Virus record (IMG/VR): IMGVR_UViG_3300032277_000029
Location: 1-37,640 of that record
From: a virus
Taxonomy: Duplodnaviria > Caudoviricetes
Length of the DNA: 37,640 nt
Strand: one strand, 5' to 3'
Below are positions 32,071-37,640 of the stretch, one piece after another; the first letter of the stretch is position 1; each line of letters opens with the position of its first letter. The notes under the pieces are model-generated. The model was not told the DNA's origin. It did no database searches and saw only the letters and a list, made by a program, of their open reading frames with translations. The position numbers were made by a program, and so were the translations under genes.

Positions 32071-32414
32071 TGGCTGGCCCTCCGCATCGCTGCGCTTTCC
32101 GCTGCGGCCATCTCTGCCATTTTTGCGATGAAAGGGTTCACCTTGGGCTTAGGCGGCGCGGCCTTCTGAACCTTCGGCGCTGGCTGATGGCGTTTGAACG
32201 TCAGGCCATAGCGCCGCGCTGCATCGTGAACGGTTCCGCGTGTGACGCCCAACACCCGCGCTGTTGAGGCTTGCGTTAGCCCCATCTCGGCACAGCGGGC
32301 GTATTTTACGCGGGTGCTGTTGCGGCGCGGGCGCATTTTGGCGGGCGGGAAGCAGGTCTCAAAAGCTGCATCTAAGGCGCGGTCTATCTGCTCTGCTGTG
32401 ATAGGGTGGATCAT
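32067..32414 (-). CDS. HTH-containing hypothetical protein
   Basis: GLTQASTARVLGVTRGTVHDAARRYGL. Confidence 0.75.
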   Translation of the reverse strand: MIHPITAEQIDRALDAAFETCFPPAKMRPRRNSTRVKYARCAEMGLTQASTARVLGVTRGTVHDAARRYGLTFKRHQPAPKVQKAAPPKPKVNPFIAKMAEMAAAESAAMRRASQ

Positions 32415-32680
32415 GCTGCGCCCTCCCGTGCCTTTGCCTCACGCGCCGCCCGTGCCTTTGCCAGCCCCTCTTGGCGGGCAATCACGCTGGCCTCGTGCTT
32501 TTCAATCGTTTCGGTGCGGAACGCCTCCGCCGCACCGACCGCCGCCTGCTGGGTCGCCCCTTTGAAGAAAATCGGGAAGGTGTCATACGGGTGGAAGCGG
32601 GCGATGAATGGGGTTCCGCCTGCAAGGCCATCGCGCCGCTGGAAGACGTGGATGGTGTGGTTTCTGATTGGATGGCTCAT
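32411..32680 (-). CDS. Hypothetical protein
   Basis: ATG at 32680 after GGAGG; ATGA coupling at both ends. Confidence 0.7.
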   Translation of the reverse strand: MSHPIRNHTIHVFQRRDGLAGGTPFIARFHPYDTFPIFFKGATQQAAVGAAEAFRTETIEKHEASVIARQEGLAKARAAREAKAREGAA

Positions 32681-33432
32681 GCTGCGTCCTCCGCAATGCA
32701 ATTCCCCTTGGTGGCTTCTTCTGCCGCACGGTCGCGCCATGACTGCGGGACATTGGGGAACTGCTCTGCGATCAAAGCGGCAATCCGGTCCTTTTCGTCC
32801 TGAGTTGGCGGGCGGCGTGTTGGCTCGGGATCTGGCGCGGGCTGCGAAAGAGCCGCGATCATGTGGCGGCGCGGGCCTGCCTTGGCGTTGCAAACCTTTT
32901 CCAACTCAGACCAAGACGGGAACCACTTCCAGCTTTGCTTGAGAAGGGCATGGCGGGCCACGTCAGCCGGATACTGCGCCAGCCGCGACGAATAGGCCGT
33001 AAGCTGCAATTCCGCCGCGATGCCATCTGCGCCGCGCCCTACGGTCAGGACAGACAATTCTGCCAACCATTGCTCAATCTGCCGGATCGGTGCAGGCGTC
33101 TGGAACTTGGTCAGGTCAGCAAGCGCCGCCTGCCGTTGTGTATCATCGCCCGATACACCGCACCCAACAGCAACCGTGTAGCTGGGGAGAATTTCGCCGT
33201 TCTCGCCTCGTGGGTATCGGCCCTCATATCTGACCGCGAGACTGACGCCGTGCGACTGCGCCCGCAATTCCGCCGCCTTGTCCATATCCACCGGAGCTTG
33301 CTTTGAAAGCCACGCCGCGATTTCGGATGAATCGTGGGGCTTGATCGCGGACCCTGTTTCGCCATGCTGCTGACCATCCACGAGCTGAGCGTTTTGTTTT
33401 TGGCTGATCTCTCCAATAGTCGTGAAAGTCAT
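32677..33432 (-). CDS. Replication-module protein in the lambda P (helicase loader) position; start uncertain
   Basis: Follows the initiator; YSSRLAQYPADVARHAL...KWFPSWSEL motif; RBS GAGGAG before ATG 33432. Confidence 0.65.
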   Translation of the reverse strand: MTFTTIGEISQKQNAQLVDGQQHGETGSAIKPHDSSEIAAWLSKQAPVDMDKAAELRAQSHGVSLAVRYEGRYPRGENGEILPSYTVAVGCGVSGDDTQRQAALADLTKFQTPAPIRQIEQWLAELSVLTVGRGADGIAAELQLTAYSSRLAQYPADVARHALLKQSWKWFPSWSELEKVCNAKAGPRRHMIAALSQPAPDPEPTRRPPTQDEKDRIAALIAEQFPNVPQSWRDRAAEEATKGNCIAEDAA

Positions 33433-33931
33433 TTGCAATCTCCTCAATTTCTTCGGGGGTCAATTTCTTAGAAAGGGCGTATTCAACATCTGCGTCATTC
33501 GGCACCCAACCTTCCGGCAACCTCAAAGTTTGCGCCCGCGCCTTATCATCTACTGACGGTTCTACTGACGGTTCTGACGGTTCGGGTGTACCGAGGGTCG
33601 GGGTTTCGGGATCGAGGGTCGGGGTTTTTTGGGATCGAGGGTCGGGGTGACTTTCGGTCGGGGTGTACCGAGGGTCGGGGTTTATGCGGTACTTATTGCA
33701 CCCGTGTCGACCGTTCCCGTGGTCTGTTTCGATCCATTTCGCGGCCTCCAATTCTCGCAAAATTCTCTGGACGCCGCGCTCTGTCATGCGGGCCTTTTCT
33801 GCGATTGATTTGATGGAAGGCCAGCACTCGCCAGCATCATTTGCGTAGTCGGAAAGCGCCAACATCACCAATAGCGGCCCCTGTTTCTGGGGTCCGTTAT
33901 CCCAAACATTTGCCATTACGCGGATACTCAA
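33224..33931 (-). CDS. Replication initiator (N-terminal winged HTH, C-terminal DnaT-like domain)
   Basis: LLVMLALSDYANDAGECWPSIKSIAEKARMTERGVQR; RLPEGWVP...FHDYW...WSAAWRN; internal iterons. Confidence 0.85.
   Translation of the reverse strand: MSIRVMANVWDNGPQKQGPLLVMLALSDYANDAGECWPSIKSIAEKARMTERGVQRILRELEAAKWIETDHGNGRHGCNKYRINPDPRYTPTESHPDPRSQKTPTLDPETPTLGTPEPSEPSVEPSVDDKARAQTLRLPEGWVPNDADVEYALSKKLTPEEIEEIANDFHDYWRDQPKTKRSARGWSAAWRNRVRDQAPRFIRNRGVAFKASSGGYGQGGGIAGAVARRQSRGQI
33549..33681. repeat. Iterons, probable replication origin
   Basis: CGAGGGTCGGGGT at 33592, 33613, 33636 and 33669, partial copy at 33656; TCTACTGACGGT twice at 33549-33572. Confidence 0.8.
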
Positions 33932-34305
33932 GTCACAATCCCCCGGTGTTCGATATGGACCAGAATGCAGCCACCTTTTTTGGGGTCTGCAAATTCGTAT
34001 GTCGGGCGGAAATGCCTGTCATCGACACCCAATGCGTCAGCCACGCCATCGCGTCCGATCTTGAATGAGCCGATAATCCCGTCATCGTCCCTGTGGCGGC
34101 GGTCTGGCGGGTGGAAGGTGATCAACATAGGCAAGGGCTTAGAAAGGCCGCTAGGGCTTGCCCCTGTGACCGCCAACGTCTCTTTCCAACAAGTTTCGCG
34201 GTATTTATTTGCCTTGGTCGCGTATGCGGTCCAGTGGTGGCTACGCCTGTAGTTTGGCGTCAGTTCTTTTGGGGGCCACGGCAGGCGGATCAGATATTCA
34301 CGCAT
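33928..34305 (-). CDS. rusA: RusA-like Holliday junction resolvase
   Basis: IRLPWPP...FHPPDRRHRDDDGI...KIGRDGVADALGVDD. Confidence 0.82.
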   Translation of the reverse strand: MREYLIRLPWPPKELTPNYRRSHHWTAYATKANKYRETCWKETLAVTGASPSGLSKPLPMLITFHPPDRRHRDDDGIIGSFKIGRDGVADALGVDDRHFRPTYEFADPKKGGCILVHIEHRGIVT

Positions 34306-34480
34306 CTACAGCCCTCCGGTGAAACATGGTGTCAAACACGCCGTTGCGGCGCATGATCTTGACCATCTCGCGGATGCTGTCGGCCTCTACGCCCAAGCGC
34401 ACGGCAATGTCTTCAACACCAAAGCCCTGAGAAAGCATGTGCCGAACCTGCGCCTGCCAGTTTGCTGCCCGTCTAGCCAT
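34298..34480 (-). CDS. Small HTH-like protein
   Basis: ATG at 34480; GFGVEDIAVRLGV. Confidence 0.65.
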   Translation of the reverse strand: MARRAANWQAQVRHMLSQGFGVEDIAVRLGVEADSIREMVKIMRRNGVFDTMFHRRAVDA

Positions 34481-34676
34481 TTGCCAGCCACCACCGCTTG
34501 TACCGCTTTCCATCGCGCTTTTCCCACTGGTCTTGGATGTTGTGGCCTGCCTCTTTCAGATCCAGAATGCGGCGCGGCAGGTGCATTACACCGAAGTCTG
34601 CAACAGCGTCCCAGAAGGTGATGGACTTGCCTGCTTTGAGGTGGGCAAGGATGCGTTTGTTTTGGGCTTCAATCAT
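34473..34676 (-). CDS. Small winged-helix protein
   Basis: QNKRILAHLKAGKSIT...FGVMHLPRRILDLKEAGHNI. Confidence 0.78.
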   Translation of the reverse strand: MIEAQNKRILAHLKAGKSITFWDAVADFGVMHLPRRILDLKEAGHNIQDQWEKRDGKRYKRWWLANG

Positions 34677-35428
34677 AAGCCAAAATCCTCCTGTACGGCT
34701 GGTTTTGGTGGCTCTACAAAAAGATCAGGCTGGCGATAGGCTTCCTCGACACGCTTGCAGGCAATCTCAAAATATTCGGGGTCAAGTTCGATGCCGATGC
34801 CCTTGCGGCCCAGCTTGGCGCAGGCAACTAAGGTGCTTCCAGAACCGAGGTAAGGATCTAGAATTGTGTCGCCAAAGTCTGAGCAATTGCGGATCAGCCG
34901 TTGAATGATTGGCTGCGGTTTCACTGTTGGGTGTGCTGCATCAACTACTATCGGGTGCGGCAAAACCTTGGTCTTGTCTACTGCCCCGCCGTTAAAGGTG
35001 GCACCCTTACCTCTGTAATGAACAATATATTCAATATCACCTCGCCAAACACCATTGGCGAAAGGTGCGGCGTTGGTCTTGTGCCAAACAAGCAAGGTGG
35101 CTGATAATCCGTGTCCCTCGCACTCCGCCATGAGTTTAGAGACCTGCTTGTTGGAGCAGAAAACAAAGCCGTTCATGGGCCGCTGGGCCGCTTCAAATCC
35201 ATCAAACAACTTGGTATAATCCAAGCCGTTGACGATTGCCTTGTAATCAGAGCCATCGAACTTGGCTAATGACATGCCAAAGTGTGAAGCGCCGGGGCCG
35301 CTGCTAGATAATTCATAGGGTGGATCTGCGCAAACGGCGTCCACCTTCCCCAGCAACGGCATAACCTCAAGACAATCCCCCAAAATCAGCCGACAATCCC
35401 CGATCCGCTCCTCTTTCACGATACCCAA
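34673..35428 (-). CDS. Orphan beta-class N6-adenine/N4-cytosine DNA methyltransferase (start 35428 or 35419)
   Basis: GDCLEVM...DPPY...HPTVKP...LDPYLGSGST...GIELD. Confidence 0.92.
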   Translation of the reverse strand: MGIVKEERIGDCRLILGDCLEVMPLLGKVDAVCADPPYELSSSGPGASHFGMSLAKFDGSDYKAIVNGLDYTKLFDGFEAAQRPMNGFVFCSNKQVSKLMAECEGHGLSATLLVWHKTNAAPFANGVWRGDIEYIVHYRGKGATFNGGAVDKTKVLPHPIVVDAAHPTVKPQPIIQRLIRNCSDFGDTILDPYLGSGSTLVACAKLGRKGIGIELDPEYFEIACKRVEEAYRQPDLFVEPPKPAVQEDFGL

Positions 35429-35700
35429 CGAAAGCACCTCCGAATGATGAAGCTGCGAACCGTTGATGCGATGAAAAACACCGCTGTAATTCCAGCCGAT
35501 TGAATGGGGGTGAAGCCCAGCCACAACCAAGTGAGCAGCAGGGATACAAGCAGGCCGATGGCCGCGTTTGTTAGCGCCTCCGCAACGTCAGAAAAGCCCT
35601 CCGACACCCGAAGATGCCGGAGGTGAGTTGGCGCGGTCGTTACGCGCTCAGGAGGAAGAACCGACTTTAACCCAAGTCGGCAGGGGTTACGCAGAGACAT
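35416..35700 (-). CDS. Small two-TM membrane protein (DUF7220-like); true start may be ~35607
   Basis: EALTNAAIGLLVS...FFIASTVRSFIIRRCF. Confidence 0.6.
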   Translation of the reverse strand: MSLRNPCRLGLKSVLPPERVTTAPTHLRHLRVSEGFSDVAEALTNAAIGLLVSLLLTWLWLGFTPIQSAGITAVFFIASTVRSFIIRRCFRWVS

Positions 35701-35902
35701 TTGCAGCCTCCGAAACTGTGTTGATATGCGGGTATGCGCTGGCCTTTAGGCAGGCTGTTGCGCGTTCAATCTCATCTCCGCAGGTACATGCACCCTTTGT
35801 CAGAGACAGGCGCAGTGTTTGCTTGCACCCTGTGCATTGGTAGCGGGATAGGCGGTTCTGCTGTGCGGGGGTGAGATTTGCCCAGAAGGTGCTGGGGGTC
35901 AT
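35687..35902 (-). CDS. Small Cys-containing hypothetical protein
   Basis: ATGA coupling with the cro-like gene; CTGC...CTC. Confidence 0.6.
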   Translation of the reverse strand: MTPSTFWANLTPAQQNRLSRYQCTGCKQTLRLSLTKGACTCGDEIERATACLKASAYPHINTVSEAANVSA

Positions 35903-36096
35903 TCCGCCGCCTCCATATCGACAAACGATGAGGCTAAAACCTCCCCGCCCGTTGCCGCCTCAATCTGAAATGCTCTCTTGAGGGATACGGACGCATTCCC
36001 ATGCCGAAGTTGCGATATATAGCCCTTTGTCACGCCAAGCTGTTCAGCCAATCGCGTGGCGTTGTTAAACTTTAGATATTCATCAAGTGTTTTCAT
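35899..36096 (-). CDS. Cro-like HTH repressor
   Basis: RLAEQLGVTKGYISQLRHG...AFQIEAATGGEV; first gene of the - strand early arm. Confidence 0.85.
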   Translation of the reverse strand: MKTLDEYLKFNNATRLAEQLGVTKGYISQLRHGNASVSLKRAFQIEAATGGEVLASSFVDMEAAE

Positions 36097-36211
36097 GCCG
36101 TAATCTTATAGCTAAACTTTTTTCATTGCAATAGGCTATTTCCTATTGCTATGTCGTTTAGTTGCTGCTAGACCTAATGTATAGCCGATCAACGGCAGAT
36201 GGAGATGAGAG
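36097..36211. promoter_or_regulatory. Divergent early promoters with an operator-like palindrome
   Basis: - strand TTGCAA-N17-TAAGAT (36131-36103); + strand TTGCTA-N17-TAGACC (36146-36174); GCAATAGG-N6-CCTATTGC at 36128-36149. Confidence 0.7.
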
Positions 36212-36385
36212 ATGACACCGAACCTGATTATTTTGACAAGCGGCACGTTTTGCCCGGCCAAGATCAACCGGGCGATTGAGCGGCACGAGCGCGGCGTTGA
36301 TAGCCGCACGATCACACTGGATACCGACCAGTATTCTTGGACCGATGATAATGAGGGCGGTGCGCCTGCTCAGGTGGCGCTGTGA
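36212..36385 (+). CDS. 57-aa hypothetical protein, first gene of the + strand arm (not in the supplied ORF track)
   Basis: RBS GGAG; MTPNLIILTSGTFCPAKINRAIERHERG...AQVAL*; GTGA coupling to the next gene. Confidence 0.6.
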   Translation: MTPNLIILTSGTFCPAKINRAIERHERGVDSRTITLDTDQYSWTDDNEGGAPAQVAL

Positions 36386-36585
36386 GGGATTTTTTCGAAT
36401 GGCTGCTGACGGATGCGCCGATTTGGGTGCAGCTTACAGCGTATATCTGGATTGTGATTACTTTAATGGCTTGGCTGGCTCTCGTTATCATTCTCAACAG
36501 TTGGGTGCTACTCGTCGCGCTCATCACTCTCTCCGGCTACTTGGTCTGGGCTGAATACAAGCACAGCAAAGGGGGTGACCAGTGA
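36382..36585 (+). CDS. Small two-TM membrane protein
   Basis: Long hydrophobic stretch; coupled at both ends. Confidence 0.65.
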   Translation: MRDFFEWLLTDAPIWVQLTAYIWIVITLMAWLALVIILNSWVLLVALITLSGYLVWAEYKHSKGGDQ

Positions 36586-36935
36586 ACGCTCACACCACAG
36601 TAAACACGGCCCTCAAGTCACGCGGGTTGCTGCCGGTGGATGGGCATTGCGAGTGCGCCAAGTGCCACCGGACGGGTCTGAACCGCGACCAGCTTGCAGA
36701 CGTGAAGCCGACAAGCCGGATCGCCACCCTTGTTGAGCGCTGTGGTGGGCCTGTCTGCCACCAGTGCGAGGAACTGCTTTGGATTGACCATGAGAACGGC
36801 CTGCGGGTTCCGCCACAGTCAAGGGTGGGTAAATGCCCTGACTGCGAAGGAACTGGCGTAGGCGGCAAGTATTACCACTACGTGCGTGGCCACGGCATCA
36901 CCGAATGGTGCGTTACGTGTAATGGGGAAGGATGA
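36582..36935 (+). CDS. Cys-rich zinc-finger protein
   Basis: CAKC, CHQC, CPDCEG and CVTCNG. Confidence 0.7.
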   Translation: MNAHTTVNTALKSRGLLPVDGHCECAKCHRTGLNRDQLADVKPTSRIATLVERCGGPVCHQCEELLWIDHENGLRVPPQSRVGKCPDCEGTGVGGKYYHYVRGHGITEWCVTCNGEG

Positions 36936-36942
36936 ACGGATA

Positions 36943-37640
36943 ATGACCGAAAAGATTATTGCATATAAAGGCTTTAATGCCGATTGGACCTGCCGAGATT
37001 TCCAGTACGAAGTCGGCAAGACGTTTGAGCATGATGGCGATGTATCGGCATGTAACAGCGGATTTCACGCCTGCACTCATCCGCTCGACGTGTTCGGTTA
37101 TTATCCGCCAGCGGGTTCTAGGTTCGCGCTGGTTGAGTTGTCCGGCGAAACAGCCAGCGAGACCGGTGGCGATAGTAAAATTGCCGCCGCCCGCATTGAG
37201 GTTAAGGCCGAAATTCACCTGCACGAAATGGTTGAGGCTGCGATTAAGCACGTCTTTGATGCTGCTAAGTGGTTGAAAAAATCAACAGCCACCAAGGATG
37301 GAAAAGGGGCATCCGCAACGGGCAATCGGGGCGCTGCATCCACAACGGGCAATCGGGGCGCTGCATCCGCAACGGGCGATTGGGGCGCTGCATCCGCAAC
37401 GGGCAATCGGGGCGCTGCATCCGCAACGGGCAATCGGGGCGCTGCATCCGCAACGGGCGATTGGGGCGCTGCATCCGCAACGGGCTATCAGGGCGCTGCA
37501 TCCGCAACGGGCTATCAGGGCGCTGCATCCGCAACGGGCAATCGGGGCGCTGCATCCGCAACGGGCGATTGGGGCGCTGCATCCGCAACGGGCTATCAGG
37601 GCGCTGCATCCGCAACGGGCAATCAGGGCGCTGCATCCGC
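36943..37640 (+). CDS. N-terminal part of a DUF7666-like protein with AASATGxxG repeats; continues across the origin to 319 (~298 aa)
   Basis: MTEKIIAYKGFNADWTCRDFQYEVGKTFEHDGDVSACNSGFHACTHPLDVFGYY...; no stop before the window end. Confidence 0.88.
   Translation, partial: MTEKIIAYKGFNADWTCRDFQYEVGKTFEHDGDVSACNSGFHACTHPLDVFGYYPPAGSRFALVELSGETASETGGDSKIAAARIEVKAEIHLHEMVEAAIKHVFDAAKWLKKSTATKDGKGASATGNRGAASTTGNRGAASATGDWGAASATGNRGAASATGNRGAASATGDWGAASATGYQGAASATGYQGAASATGNRGAASATGDWGAASATGYQGAASATGNQGAAS
37309..37640 (+). repeat. 27-bp coding tandem repeat GCTGCATCCGCAACGGGC-N6-GGC (13 units after circularisation)
   Basis: N6 = AATCGG, GATTGG, TATCAG or AATCAG; the rest is invariant apart from one GCA>ACA change and a truncated first unit. 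Confidence 0.95.

Larger units (their letters stand above)
1..37640. mobile_element. Apparently complete tailed dsDNA phage genome (P22-like podovirus virion module, lambdoid organisation), ~37,520 bp once the terminal overlap is removed
   Basis: Terminase, portal, capsid, tail, lysis, replication and recombination modules are present with no host housekeeping genes; 1-120 = 37521-37640. Confidence 0.93.

Noticed and set aside
37215-37636. - strand ORFs (MQRPDCPLR and VADAAP repeats)
   Set aside because: Shadow frames of the + strand repeat gene, which has non-repetitive N- and C-terminal domains and fits the operon direction
37309-37640. 27-bp repeats as a CRISPR array
   Set aside because: The variable parts are only 6 nt and recur, the period is a multiple of three within an open frame, and no cas genes are present

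Overview
The window is an apparently complete ~37.5 kb dsDNA tailed-phage genome: bases 1-120 are identical to 37521-37640, and one ORF runs across the join. It has a lambdoid layout with a P22-like podovirus virion module; the host is probably an alphaproteobacterium of the Rhodobacteraceae/Roseobacter type (inference). From a divergent promoter region at ~36100-36210, the + strand carries a repeat-containing protein, a GHKL-like ATPase, a recombination module (ERF, 3'-5' exonuclease, SSB, NinB-like, DUF1364-like) and a chain of small accessory genes ending at ~8000. The - strand carries a Cro-like regulator, DNA methyltransferase, RusA, replication initiator with iterons, HNH-AP2 nuclease, late promoter/terminator, terminases, portal, GroES, scaffold, capsid, tail and ejection proteins, tailspike and lysis genes, ending at ~8417. 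No integrase, full-length CI, tRNA, CRISPR array or reverse transcriptase was recognised. Most notable observations: (1) a promoter-associated ~250-nt multi-stem ncRNA candidate plus a second long hairpin in the 8000-8416 gap, including a tmRNA-tag-like reading frame; (2) accessory genes bracketed by 11-16 nt direct repeats of the gene junction; (3) a 27-bp tandem-repeat protein varying almost only at one dipeptide; (4) a GHKL ATPase with permuted motif order; (5) a leaderless antisense membrane moron among the ejection genes; (6) a pR'/tR'-like late switch without a recognisable Q. All family assignments come from reading motifs by eye; no database searches were run.
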